From: an uncultured Acidobacteriaceae bacterium
GTDB lineage: Bacteria; Acidobacteriota; Terriglobia; Terriglobales; Acidobacteriaceae
NCBI GenBank assembly: GCA_963820245.1
Contig: CAWFZC010000021.1
Coordinates: 135,903-199,902 of the forward strand
Direction of reading: 5' to 3'
Length of the DNA stretch: 64,000 nt
The notes beneath the pieces are model-generated. The model did not search any database and was not told the DNA's origin. It saw only the letters and a list, made by a program, of their open reading frames with translations. Shown piece by piece: positions 42,576 through 52,407 of this stretch (position 1 is the first letter of the stretch; each line of letters starts with the position of its first letter). The position numbers and the translations under genes are program-made.

Positions 42576-43613
42576 CTACATGGTTACGCCGTCCAGCTTG
42601 GCCTGGTACGCGACAATCTTCTTGAGCGTTTCGTACGGGGCATTGGCTGGAACTTCGCGGCCGTTGACCACGAGCGTGGGCACCTGGTTGACACCCAGAT
42701 CCTCGGCCAGCGTGACTGAAGCATCCACAGCCGCCTTGGTCTCGGGAGTTGCCGCGCAGGCAGCCACCTTTGCCGGATCGAGGCCGGCCTTGGTGACGGC
42801 GCTGTTCAGCGTGAGGGTGGCGCCATCGGCGGTCGCAAGACCATCCTGACCGTCAAACACGCCAGCGGCGAATCCGAAGAAGGCCGTGCTGCCGCCCAGC
42901 TTGGCAACGCACACGCCGTAGGAAGCCGCAGTTACCGACTGCGGGTGGATGGAGGCAATGGGATCGTTTTGAAACACGATGTGGGCCTTGGGGAAATCGG
43001 CCACGAGCTTCTCCATGTTTGCCTGCGCCTCCTTGCAATGGGGGCACTGGAAGTCAGCAAACTCGACGAGTTCGAGAGACTTGTCAGGAGAGCCGCGGAA
43101 GGGGCCGTCGGCCTTCGCCTGCATCTGCTGGCGGAAATCGGCAAATGGCGTGGCCCCAAAGGAGACGATCTGGTCGCCGGTGATAATGTGCTTGCCGTCG
43201 GCGAAGGCAAAGAACTCAAGTGCCGAGGGCTTTTCTTTGCCGGTCTTATCGCCGACAAAGACAACGACCTTGGTGACCCCGTCAACCGGCGTTTTGAGAA
43301 TGGCCTGCACTTGCCAAACACGGTTTTCCTCGTAGCCCCAACTGGCGGTCAGGAAGGCATTGATGGTGTCCTTGGTGGGCAGTGCCGCGGTGAAGTACTT
43401 TGGATCGGGCGTGGGGAAGACCGGCGCGGCCGCGGGGGCAGGAGCAGCAGGCTCAGCGGCGGGCGCGGCAGGTACCTGGGTCTGGGCCGTGGCCTGAACG
43501 AGCGGCATGGACAAAACGACCAGTGCAGCGGCACTGGCAAATCGGACGGACAGACGGATCAAGCGGATTCTCCTTATTTCGTGGGACTCTTCACTGTTTT
43601 GCGGATGTCTCAA
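42576..43613 (-). CDS. DsbA/thioredoxin-domain periplasmic protein
   Basis: EFADFQCPHC and cis-Pro motif VPTLVVNG; the true start may lie further downstream. Confidence 0.9.
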   Translation of the reverse strand: MRHPQNSEESHEIRRIRLIRLSVRFASAAALVVLSMPLVQATAQTQVPAAPAAEPAAPAPAAAPVFPTPDPKYFTAALPTKDTINAFLTASWGYEENRVWQVQAILKTPVDGVTKVVVFVGDKTGKEKPSALEFFAFADGKHIITGDQIVSFGATPFADFRQQMQAKADGPFRGSPDKSLELVEFADFQCPHCKEAQANMEKLVADFPKAHIVFQNDPIASIHPQSVTAASYGVCVAKLGGSTAFFGFAAGVFDGQDGLATADGATLTLNSAVTKAGLDPAKVAACAATPETKAAVDASVTLAEDLGVNQVPTLVVNGREVPANAPYETLKKIVAYQAKLDGVTM

Positions 43614-43623
43614 TGATTTTAGC

Positions 43624-45267
43624 TTATACCTCGACCTTGACGGCGATGGGGAACCTGCGGCCCATGCCGAACGACTTGGGTGTCACCTTGAGGACCGGAG
43701 CCGCCTGCTGGCGCTTGTATTCAGACCGCTCCACCAGGTGGACCACTTGTTGGACGAGGGCAAGGGGGAATCCGTTTGCCTGGGCAATCGCCTCGGGCGT
43801 TTCGTAGCGCTCCACGTAGGCCTCCAGGATGGGGTCGAGAACCTCGTAGGGAGGCAGCGAGTCGGTATCTTTTTGATCCGGCCTGAGTTCCGCCGACGGA
43901 GGCTTCGAGAGGATGGCTGCGGGGATTACCTCGCCCTCGCGATTGAGCCAGTGGCAGACGGCGTAGACGCGCGTCTTGACAAGGTCGCCGATCACCGCCA
44001 GCGCGCCCACCATGTCCCCATAAAGGGTGCAGTAGCCCACCGCCATCTCTGACTTGTTGCCGGTAGTGAGCACCAGCGCGCCAAACTTGTTTGAGAGCGC
44101 CATCATCAGCGTCCCGCGAATGCGCGACTGGATGTTCTCTTCAGTGGTGTCTGCTTTTGTTCCGGCAAACATCGGTTTGAGCGCCTTGCCGAATTCTTCA
44201 AACAGGCCGCTGATGCCGATGACCTCAAACCGTATTCCGAGGTTCTCGGCAAGCTTGCGGCTGTCGTCGATGGAGCCGCTCGAAGAGTAGGGGCTCGGCA
44301 TGCCGACGGCGATGACGTTCTCCGCGCCCAGCGCATCTTTGGCAATAGCGACGACCAGCGCGGAGTCGATGCCCCCGCTCAACGCCACCAGCGCCTTCTT
44401 GAAGCCGCACTTGCGCACGTAGTCGCGTGTTCCCAGTACAAGCGCCTGGTAGGCTGCTTCGGTGTCGTCGTCAGCGGCTAAGGGGATCGGCGGTGCGTTG
44501 AAAGGATCAAGCACGACCAGGTCCTCTCGAAACGAGGCGGCCTGCGCGATGAGTTCGCCTTGGCCGTTGAGTGCGAGCGAGGAACCGTCGAAGATCAGGC
44601 TGTCGTTGCCGCCCACCTGGTTCACCATCAGCACCGGCACGCCGTCGCGTTTGGCGATGGCCGCCAGCATCTCCCGGCGAATGGCGCGCTTAGAATGCCA
44701 GAACGGCGAGGACGAAAGGTTGATGTGCAGAGCGGGATTCTGCCTCATCAACTCAACCGTCGGATCGACAGAATACAACCGCCGCTGCCAGAAGTTCTTG
44801 TCGTTCCAGGCGTCTTCGCAAATCGTAATCGCCAGCCGCACGCCGTCCAGTTCCACCACTTGCTGGCTGCGCGCCGGGGCAAAGTAGCGCTGCTCGTCGA
44901 AGACGTCGTAAAACGGCAACAGACACTTGAGCTGCTCCAGCAGCAGCCGCCCTCCATCCAGCAGCACGGCCGCATTCACGGCCGGTTTTCCGCTTCCGCT
45001 CGGTGCCGGCAACGCAACTCCAGCGACGATTGCGGTGGACAAGCCGCTTGTCTTCTCAGCCAACTCATCCACGGCCGAACGGCAGCGGGCAAGAAAGCTT
45101 GGTTTTTCAAGAAAATCCGCAGGGGGATAGCCGCAGATGGCGAGTTCTGAAAACACGGCGAGGCGTGCGCCCTGGTCTGCGGCGCGGCGGCTCGCTGCAA
45201 CAATTTTTTCCAGGTTTCCGGTGAAATCTCCAACCGTCGGGTCGATTTGCGCCAGTGCGATCTTCAC
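43624..45267 (-). CDS. nadE: Glutamine-dependent NAD+ synthetase
   Basis: Nitrilase domain (ICEDAW) plus SGGIDS, TGNKSE, PPSAELRPDQ. Confidence 0.96.
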   Translation of the reverse strand: MKIALAQIDPTVGDFTGNLEKIVAASRRAADQGARLAVFSELAICGYPPADFLEKPSFLARCRSAVDELAEKTSGLSTAIVAGVALPAPSGSGKPAVNAAVLLDGGRLLLEQLKCLLPFYDVFDEQRYFAPARSQQVVELDGVRLAITICEDAWNDKNFWQRRLYSVDPTVELMRQNPALHINLSSSPFWHSKRAIRREMLAAIAKRDGVPVLMVNQVGGNDSLIFDGSSLALNGQGELIAQAASFREDLVVLDPFNAPPIPLAADDDTEAAYQALVLGTRDYVRKCGFKKALVALSGGIDSALVVAIAKDALGAENVIAVGMPSPYSSSGSIDDSRKLAENLGIRFEVIGISGLFEEFGKALKPMFAGTKADTTEENIQSRIRGTLMMALSNKFGALVLTTGNKSEMAVGYCTLYGDMVGALAVIGDLVKTRVYAVCHWLNREGEVIPAAILSKPPSAELRPDQKDTDSLPPYEVLDPILEAYVERYETPEAIAQANGFPLALVQQVVHLVERSEYKRQQAAPVLKVTPKSFGMGRRFPIAVKVEV

Positions 45268-45468
45268 CTGTCCAGTTTACTAGGCCGGGCAAAAAGCGGC
45301 TCCAAATCGAGGCGGCCCACTGACCTGCCACAGGATGAGCGCAGTCCGGATCGTTGCTGAAACGGTCACTGGCGGTTTGCCGGTGATCCGCCCGGAGTTT
45401 TGGCCAGGTCGCGGCAGCCTTCCGAGAAAGCCGTTAACCAGACAGCAGTGGGCGTGGTTAACTAATGA

Positions 45469-46215
45469 GTGGAAAACAACAGAGTGATCGACTGCAGAGC
45501 CGCGACGAAGAGCTATGCCTCTCAACCCGTTCTCCGAGGCATAGACCTCGTCGTAGAACCCGGAATTTGTGCCTTGTTAGGGGCTAACGGCGCCGGGAAG
45601 TCCACGCTGCTACGCTTGCTCTCAGGACTAGAGCAGCCAGACAGTGGCTCTGTGTTCATCGGTGGACTGGCCTTCCGGGATCATGCAATTGAAATCCGGC
45701 GGAATCTAGGTGTACTCCCGGAGGCGCTCGGGCTGTTCGAGTCCATGACCATCATCGAAAACCTGATGGCAATTGGACCTATTTATGGGTTGACGAAAAG
45801 CGAAACAAAAGCACGAACGACGAACCTACTGGAATTACTCGATCTTACGCAAGGGCGCCACACCGTTGCACGCGATTGTTCGTTCGGCATGCGCAAGAAG
45901 ACCGCCTTGGCCATGGCGCTCCTGCACAAGCCGAGTGCCCTACTGCTTGATGAGCCGTTTGAAGGCATTGATCCCGCATCGTCCGCAGTCATTGAGATGC
46001 TGCTTGGCCAACTTTCCAATAATGGCGCTACGATATTGCTCACCTCTCACATTCTGTCGATCGTGCAGAAGATTGCCGCCCGTGCAGTCATTCTTCACCA
46101 GGGTCGAGTTGAATCAGATTTCAGCCCGTCCACAGCAGACGAAGGAGTTGAGGAGGTGTATTTCAGCATCGTTGGCGAACCACAGCCGGAGGTGCCGGAT
46201 TGGCTCAGTTCCTAG
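45469..46215 (+). CDS. ABC transporter ATP-binding protein (ABC-2 type)
   Basis: GANGAGKST, SFGMRKK, LLDEPFEGID. Confidence 0.9.
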   Translation: MENNRVIDCRAATKSYASQPVLRGIDLVVEPGICALLGANGAGKSTLLRLLSGLEQPDSGSVFIGGLAFRDHAIEIRRNLGVLPEALGLFESMTIIENLMAIGPIYGLTKSETKARTTNLLELLDLTQGRHTVARDCSFGMRKKTALAMALLHKPSALLLDEPFEGIDPASSAVIEMLLGQLSNNGATILLTSHILSIVQKIAARAVILHQGRVESDFSPSTADEGVEEVYFSIVGEPQPEVPDWLSS

Positions 46216-47246
46216 CTCTTCTGTTCTTGTTGAAGACACTGATGTTGAAGGAGCTGAGCAGCTTTTCCTCCGTGCGTTTCAACAACTTCCTGTTCTCCAT
46301 CCTTTGGATTATGTCCGCGGGTTTTGAAAGCGGGCAACCGAAAGCAGCATTCTGGAGTACGCTCTTCTTTCAAATTGTCCTCCTTGCGCCTCTGCTTGTT
46401 ACTTTTTCCGTAGATACACAGCATAGGTTGCCCCCGGAGCGAGTCGCTACGTGGCCACTGACGAGCACACAAAGGCTCTTGCTCAGTTCCGTAAGTTTTG
46501 CGTTGAATCCATTATTTATAGTGTTGTTTTTTGGCTACCTATTCTGGATGGGCCTGGCCGCTGGTCTCTTTTTTGTTCTACTGGCATTCATGGTCCATGG
46601 GACGGTATACGCCGTTGGCCGTCTCCGATTCGAACTAAAGACGCCTGCAGGTCTCAACATCTCAAGGACGCCCTTGAAGGTCGCCGGAATCGCGCAAGAG
46701 ATGTGGCGGGAGCTGCGCGGAACCCTCGACTTTTGGACCGCGCTGCTTATAGCCGTTTGTGGAACCCTTTATCGGCTGTTTGGGCATGCACAAGAGCCCG
46801 AAGCATTTCCGGTGCTGTCGCTGTTCGTGGGTATTGCAATCAGCACGGTTGGGCAACGCATGCTTCGTTTGGATGAAGGGCGAGCGTTGCTGCGTTATCG
46901 TCTCCTACCAATAGCAGGTTGGAAGCTGCTCGTCACGTTGGACATGACTTTCCTGATCCCGCTCGCTGTCATGGTTTCGCTCCTAAGCCTACGAACAGGC
47001 GTTTCATTTGGCTTGGTCGCCATCGCAGTCGGACGATACCCGTCGCTGCGTCAGCGGGCGAACCAGCGTAGATGGCGTTTCGTCGGAGGAGATCCGCGTT
47101 TCGGAGTAGCACAGGTTCTCTTGGGCGGATTGGCTGGTATCGGAGCGGCGAGGACGGGGCTCTGGGTCTTGGTCGTTGCCTTCGCCGTCTACGTGGTTTC
47201 CATATTCTGGGGTGAACTTCTCTGGAAACGCTCTCCTGCTGCCTGA
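46200..47246 (+). CDS. Polytopic membrane protein, probable ABC permease partner
   Basis: 348 aa with many TM segments; overlaps the ATPase 3' end. Confidence 0.75.
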   Translation: MAQFLALLFLLKTLMLKELSSFSSVRFNNFLFSILWIMSAGFESGQPKAAFWSTLFFQIVLLAPLLVTFSVDTQHRLPPERVATWPLTSTQRLLLSSVSFALNPLFIVLFFGYLFWMGLAAGLFFVLLAFMVHGTVYAVGRLRFELKTPAGLNISRTPLKVAGIAQEMWRELRGTLDFWTALLIAVCGTLYRLFGHAQEPEAFPVLSLFVGIAISTVGQRMLRLDEGRALLRYRLLPIAGWKLLVTLDMTFLIPLAVMVSLLSLRTGVSFGLVAIAVGRYPSLRQRANQRRWRFVGGDPRFGVAQVLLGGLAGIGAARTGLWVLVVAFAVYVVSIFWGELLWKRSPAA

Positions 47247-47262
47247 TCGAAAAACACGCCCA

Positions 47263-47285
47263 TGGTGGGGCTGGCGGGCATCGAA
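47263..47285 (-). other. tRNA/tmRNA-like 3' fragment (possible att-site relic)
   Basis: Minus strand reads TTCGATGCCCGCCAGCCCCACCA (T-loop, 3' T-stem, acceptor strand, ACCA); no 5' half is present. Confidence 0.45.
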
Positions 47286-47428
47286 GGCTATATTTGACCT
47301 TGGCCTATTGAGTGCGATGTCCAGGGTTGTTTGAATGTTAAGTCAGTGAGGAGCACGGGGTGTTGCATAAGCTGAACTCAGCGGTGACGCTGATTCAGAG
47401 AACAACCACGGAGGCTCCTCGAGACCAT

Positions 47429-48460
47429 ATGTATTACATCGGACTTGATGTTCACAAGAGGACGATCAGCTATTGCGTGAAGGATGCAACTGGTCATGTG
47501 CACCAGGAAGGCAAGATCGGATCAACCCGGTGCGAGTTGGATGCGTGGGTCAAGACTGTTCCCCAACCTCGGATGATCGCCATGGAAGCGACGATCTTCA
47601 CAGGCTGGATTTACGATCACCTTCTTCCGCATGCTGAGAAGGTGAAGGTTGCGCATCCTCTTATGTTGCGAGCCATCGCGGCGGCGAAGAAGAAGAACGA
47701 CAAGATCGACGCTGCCAAGATCGCCGACTGTCTGCGTTGTGATTTTCTGCCGGAGTGCCATATGGCTTCGACCGAGATCCGGGACCGGCGCCGTACGCTG
47801 CGCTACCGAAGCCTGCTGGTCAGGCAGATGGTGCAGATGAAGAACCGGGTATCCGGACTTCTGCTGGAGACCGGGGTCAACTACAACAAGAGCCGGCTGC
47901 ACAAGGTGGGATACTTCGCGGATCTGATGTCGACCAACGAAGAGGTCAACGACAGTATCCGGCCGCTGCTGAAGATTAGCCGCGAGCACATCATGCGCGC
48001 TCAGAAGCTCGACTATGCTTTGGTCAGTTCGCTGGAGCGTGATCCTCTCCTTGCCGAGAGACTGGAGCGGCTGAGGACTGTTCCCGGCGTGGGTCCGATC
48101 ACTGCGCTGACCTGGGCCCTGGAGATCGGCGACTTCACGCGCTTCCCGTCGATCAAGCAGGCCATCAGCTACTGCGGCCTATGCGGAGATGAGAGGAGAT
48201 CCGCCGACAAGGTGATGCGCATGCCGCTTTCCAAGCAACGCAACAAGCATATCCAGCACGTGCTGATCGAAGCCGCGAAACTAGCTCCAAGGTATTCCCA
48301 TGAGCTGGCGATGGTTCGCGAGAGAGAACTGCAAAAAGGAAATCCCAACCGCGCCACGCTTGCCGTAGCCAGGAAGATGGTTAGCTACATGCTCGCCGTC
48401 GAACGCAGAAAACAGAACTTCGTGCCTGCCGAAAACTTCACTTGCACGACGGCAGCGTGA
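47429..48460 (+). CDS. IS110 family transposase/recombinase (DEDD)
   Basis: IGLDVHK, AMEAT, KNDKIDA, VPGVGPITA, SYCGL...RRSA, AVARKM. Confidence 0.95.
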   Translation: MYYIGLDVHKRTISYCVKDATGHVHQEGKIGSTRCELDAWVKTVPQPRMIAMEATIFTGWIYDHLLPHAEKVKVAHPLMLRAIAAAKKKNDKIDAAKIADCLRCDFLPECHMASTEIRDRRRTLRYRSLLVRQMVQMKNRVSGLLLETGVNYNKSRLHKVGYFADLMSTNEEVNDSIRPLLKISREHIMRAQKLDYALVSSLERDPLLAERLERLRTVPGVGPITALTWALEIGDFTRFPSIKQAISYCGLCGDERRSADKVMRMPLSKQRNKHIQHVLIEAAKLAPRYSHELAMVRERELQKGNPNRATLAVARKMVSYMLAVERRKQNFVPAENFTCTTAA

Positions 48461-48770
48461 AAAACCTTTCCAAATAAGGAAAGAACAAAACATCAGGATC
48501 ATCCGATGCGCAGGCTGCCAGGTCCCGCCAGTGGGCGACTGAGCGAAGGAGATCAAACTCCTGAGGCTCTCCACGAATTGTTTCGGGACTGGCAGAGAAC
48601 ACAAACTCAATCTTCTGTGCGGGCTCCTCGGAGCCTTAGACAGCAAATGGATGTCCGGTTCTGCGAGAGCGGGAACCACCAGCCGAGAGGCAAATACTGC
48701 GTATGGAGAAGTTCTGATCAGCTCGCGTAGCGCGCCCTCCGGAGCGCGCCAAGGAATGTTGTGCTTTTCA
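48461..48770 (+). ncRNA. Candidate IS110 bridge/seek RNA region
   Basis: Inferred from position only (long non-coding end of an IS110). It contains ATGGATGT (48647), resembling the element's right end ATGGAGGT (48787). Confidence 0.4.
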
Positions 48771-48890
48771 CTTGACAGAGACTTACATGGAGGTCCCCCA
48801 CCCGGAAGTCAGGTTCCGGTAAACGCCCCTCCTTGCACTTTCAAAATTATTGTGTCGCGGTATGGGTTCGGTCATCCGTGACATATCCGT

Positions 48891-49087
48891 CCCCGGCGCC
48901 TCCGCCGCGGCGGACGAGGGACCGGGGTCGCCTTTATCTGGGATCACACTGGCCATCGAAACGGGACGCCTGCCGCGATTTGATTCTTCCAGGGCAACCG
49001 CAGATCCCCTCCGCGGCGAGCAGGCTTTCGTCGTCCGCCGCTGCGGACTCCTCTGGACGACAGTCAATTTATGCGTTCAGGATGACA
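48891..49087. repeat. REP-like palindromes (family A copy plus a CAGATCC...CAGGATGACA-type element)
   Basis: CCCCGG...TCCGCCGCGGCGGACGAGGGACCGGGG and GTCGTCC...GGACGAC hairpins. Confidence 0.6.
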
Positions 49088-49113
49088 GCCGATGGGTGCG
49101 GCCCGTGAAGCGA

Positions 49114-50682
49114 TCAAGGGCGGACGCAGGCGAAGTTGGCCTCGTCGTCCACGCTGCCTGTGCCTTTGTAGCGGGCCACTTGTGGATACGGGCAGAGCGG
49201 GCGAGTGCGCACGACTTTGCCATCGACCGTGCGGCTTGAGGATATCTGGTCTGGGGCTGTGCCGGACTCGACCCAGTTGATGAGCGGCGTCATGGCATCA
49301 AAGACGTTGGGGCCAATGCCGCCGCCGCAATGGAACATGCCGGGCGCCATATAGAGGCGCGCGAAATCGCCGGTGGACGGACCCATTGTTTCCGCTACCT
49401 TGTCATAATACTCCACACCCTGGCGGGGATTGAGCTGCGGATCGGCCCATCCAAAATACATGATCAGCTTGCCGTTGTGCTGTTGGAATGCGGCGAGATT
49501 GGGATCGGTGGAGTCGATAATGGCGCGCGCCTCGTCGACGCGACTGGCGTCGCGATCGATGTTGAAGCCGGCAACGGTGGATGCAGGATCGCCTGCAGGA
49601 AAGGCAATGTCGCCAAGGAAACCGTCGGCATAAAACTTCCATGCGCCGGGACGGCCGTCGGCGTAATTCAGTTCCTGTCCGACCCAACCACTCTCCGGCT
49701 CCTTCGCACCCGGTTTGAGGGCGAAGGCCACGCCTCCAACAGGCCATCCGGGGAAGATCCGCTTGCCCTGGCTCATGACGTCGGAGTGGATGAGTTTGAC
49801 GGCGGCGATTTCAGATGGAAGAAAACAGTCGGCGCCGTCCACTCCGTTCGCACATTTTGGAAGGTCGCGGTCGGCATGGAAGTCGCAGTGCAGTGGATCG
49901 CTGACGAGGCCATCCTTGAGGCCGTCAGCCGCGTCGCATTTGGCGTATTCGGCGTCGGCCAGCAGCTTGAGTTTGGCCGCGGGAAAGGGCGTTGCGGCGA
50001 GGCCCTGCAACCACCAGGCACGCGCCAAATTGCCGCCGATGAAGTCGATGGCGGGTGAGCCGGCAACGATGCCATCGAAGTCGGTGGGAAAGCGCTCCGC
50101 GAAGATGAGCCCCTCGCGGCCACCTTGCGAGCAGCCGTCAAAATAGGACTTCGAGGGCGCGTCGCCGTAGTAAGTGTGGATGAGCATCTTCGCAGTTTCG
50201 GCGGTGAGATGCAGAGAACGGAATCCGTAGTCGAGCAGCTTTTGGCGATTGCGAGCGAAGGTGGCACTTGGCTCTTTGGCGGCGGAATGGCCCTGATCCG
50301 TGGCGGCAACCGCGAATCCCGCTTTGAGGCCGAGGGCACGATTGTGAATACGGCCCGGAGCTTGAAAAGACTCGCCGGCGAAGCCTCCATTGCCGAACAT
50401 GTAGAAGCGGCCGTTCCATGCCGTGGGCATGTTGACTTCAATGTTGATCTCAGGCGGGATCATCAGGCTCACGCGGCAATGCTCTGGCACGTCGGCCGTG
50501 GCGGCAATGGTGGTGGCCGAGATGATGGAGATGTCGTAGCTGGTGAGCGCACGCAGCGACTCGCAGGAAACTTTGGGCTTCTGGGTCGCGATGGGAGCAT
50601 GCCAGTCGCGGAATTGAACCTGGCCCCCACCTTGAGCGTGCAGCGCGCCGGCGCATAAAAGTAGAGCAACAAAAACTCGCAA
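49114..50682 (-). CDS. Tannase/feruloyl esterase family hydrolase (secreted)
   Basis: GNGGFAG, GCSQGGRE nucleophile, GWADP, PGMFHCGGG, RPLCPYP. Start placed at TTG 50682 (RBS GAGG, signal peptide); ATG 50751 is an alternative. Confidence 0.9.
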   Translation of the reverse strand: MRVFVALLLCAGALHAQGGGQVQFRDWHAPIATQKPKVSCESLRALTSYDISIISATTIAATADVPEHCRVSLMIPPEINIEVNMPTAWNGRFYMFGNGGFAGESFQAPGRIHNRALGLKAGFAVAATDQGHSAAKEPSATFARNRQKLLDYGFRSLHLTAETAKMLIHTYYGDAPSKSYFDGCSQGGREGLIFAERFPTDFDGIVAGSPAIDFIGGNLARAWWLQGLAATPFPAAKLKLLADAEYAKCDAADGLKDGLVSDPLHCDFHADRDLPKCANGVDGADCFLPSEIAAVKLIHSDVMSQGKRIFPGWPVGGVAFALKPGAKEPESGWVGQELNYADGRPGAWKFYADGFLGDIAFPAGDPASTVAGFNIDRDASRVDEARAIIDSTDPNLAAFQQHNGKLIMYFGWADPQLNPRQGVEYYDKVAETMGPSTGDFARLYMAPGMFHCGGGIGPNVFDAMTPLINWVESGTAPDQISSSRTVDGKVVRTRPLCPYPQVARYKGTGSVDDEANFACVRP

Positions 50683-50821
50683 GGCTTGACCTCGGGGGCG
50701 AGTATAACAGCTGGCTGCCGAAGCTTTTTGTCCCAGGCGACAGGTTGGCATGTTCCGGTATCTGGAAAGTGGAGTTATCGGATTCGGCGCCTCCTCTGTG
50801 CGTATCGGGCGGCCTCTGGCC

Positions 50822-50857
50822 AAAGCAAATGGGCCGCTCCATGCGGAGCGGCCCATC
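50822..50857 (-). terminator. Terminator after the sugar transferase gene
   Basis: Perfect 12-bp stem ATGGGCCGCTCC/GGAGCGGCCCAT with a T-rich tail on the minus strand. Confidence 0.7.
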
Positions 50858-50889
50858 GTTGTTAATTAATCCTGTTTGATCGCTTCGCT

Positions 50890-52407
50890 CTACGTGCCCG
50901 TTCCCGCGAAGACCACGCCGACCGTGCGGACCATGATCTTGAAGTCCAGCCAAATGCTCCAGTTGTCGATGTAGGTGACGTCGAGGGAGACGTAGCTGGC
51001 GAAGGAGGGATCGGTGCGCCCCTGGACCTGCCACAAGCCCGTAATCCCGGGCGTGACGTCGAGGCGGCGGAGGTGGCTCAGCTTGTACTCCTTGACCTCG
51101 CTGGCGATGGGCGGACGCGGACCGACGATGCTCATTTCGCCCTTGAGCACGTTGATGAACTGCGGAAGCTCATCGAGAGAATACTTGCGCAGGAAGCGGC
51201 CCAAGCGGGTGATGCGCGGGTCGTTCGAAATCTTGAAGAGCACGCCATCGCGCTCGTTCATGTGCATCACGTCAGCGCGGCGAAGATCGGCGTCATTGAC
51301 CATGGTGCGGAACTTCATGCAATGGAAGACGCGTCCCTTTTTTCCGATGCGCTCTGACTCGTAGAAGGCCGGTCCGGGCGAATCAAGTTTGACGGCAATC
51401 GCAATGATAAGTAGCAGCGGCGAAAACAGAAGGAGGATCAGCGAGGAGAACACCACATCGAAAGCGCGCTTGAACAACAGCCCCATCTCCGGCACGTGGC
51501 CGCAGTGGAGAGGAATGGTTGGAAACTGGCCGATGTATTCGATGGGGCTGTTCCAGGTGAGGCCGTTATACATGTCGGGAACGACGCGCAGATCGACGCC
51601 GTGGATGCGCGCCTGCTCCAGCACGTTCTGCACCAGTTCACGCTCGCACGGAGCAGTAAAAAAGATTTCGTCGACAAACAGCGTGCGGGTCCGCTGAAAG
51701 AGATTGTCAGTTGTTCCCACCACATCGCTTGAAGCGGCGGAAGAGCGCATCTGCGCATCGGGAAAATCGATGAAACCCTTGAAGGTGTAGCCGAGATGGC
51801 GGATGCTCTCGAGATGATGTCGCAGCGCGTGCGCCTCAGGCCCGGTCCCCACAATGAGCACATTGCGCGTGTCGAGGCCGCGGTCATAGCGATGATAGAG
51901 AAGAATGCGATAGATAAGGCGGCGAAGACTGAGCGCGGCGGTGACCAGGAGAACCGTAATGAGCACGATGCTGCGCGGAATGTCGTCGGCGTGTATGACG
52001 TAGAGAGCGCCGGTGAGAAGGAGGCCCGAAGTAAAGCACGCCTGCACGCTTAATCTCTGCTCGGTGAGTATGCTGGCCAGGCGCGTGGGCGTGTAGAGAT
52101 GCATGCGCTTGCTGGTGATCATCAGGGTGATGGCAAATCCGCAGAGCAGTGCCATCAGGATCCACATGGGGCGATTGTGAAAAAGGGTGCCGCGCCACAA
52201 GCCCCTGGCTCCATCCATCGGACCCGTGCGCAACTTGTACATGGTGGCAATCACTGCCGCCAGCACAATGGAAACAAGATCCAGCACCATCCAGAGCTTT
52301 GACGTTCCCCGCGGCGTGCGCGCGTTTTCTGCAGCCATGCCTCCTTCCCATTCATGGGAGGAAGCCAACGACGCCGATAGTCTCTGCCAGAATTCCGAAG
52401 TTGCCAT
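50890..52407 (-). CDS. Priming sugar transferase (undecaprenyl-phosphate hexose phosphotransferase, WcaJ-like)
   Basis: KRAFD, KFRTM, DPRITRLGRFLRKYSLDELPQ, GPRP, PGITGLWQV. Confidence 0.94.
   Translation of the reverse strand: MATSEFWQRLSASLASSHEWEGGMAAENARTPRGTSKLWMVLDLVSIVLAAVIATMYKLRTGPMDGARGLWRGTLFHNRPMWILMALLCGFAITLMITSKRMHLYTPTRLASILTEQRLSVQACFTSGLLLTGALYVIHADDIPRSIVLITVLLVTAALSLRRLIYRILLYHRYDRGLDTRNVLIVGTGPEAHALRHHLESIRHLGYTFKGFIDFPDAQMRSSAASSDVVGTTDNLFQRTRTLFVDEIFFTAPCERELVQNVLEQARIHGVDLRVVPDMYNGLTWNSPIEYIGQFPTIPLHCGHVPEMGLLFKRAFDVVFSSLILLLFSPLLLIIAIAVKLDSPGPAFYESERIGKKGRVFHCMKFRTMVNDADLRRADVMHMNERDGVLFKISNDPRITRLGRFLRKYSLDELPQFINVLKGEMSIVGPRPPIASEVKEYKLSHLRRLDVTPGITGLWQVQGRTDPSFASYVSLDVTYIDNWSIWLDFKIMVRTVGVVFAGTGT

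Larger units (their letters stand above)
47329..48794 (+). mobile_element. IS110-family insertion sequence (IS1111-like layout; ends inferred)
   Basis: Transposase, ~330-bp 3' non-coding end, imperfect subterminal IRs ATGTTAAGTC (47335) and GACTTACAT (48780), and an outward-facing TTGACA at 48772. Confidence 0.7.

Noticed and set aside
47263-47285. Complete tRNA or tmRNA gene
   Set aside because: Only a 23-nt 3'-like fragment; no matching T-stem 5' strand, D-arm or anticodon arm.
50683-50856. N-terminal extension of the tannase ORF
   Set aside because: It overlaps the upstream gene's terminator hairpin and precedes the signal peptide.
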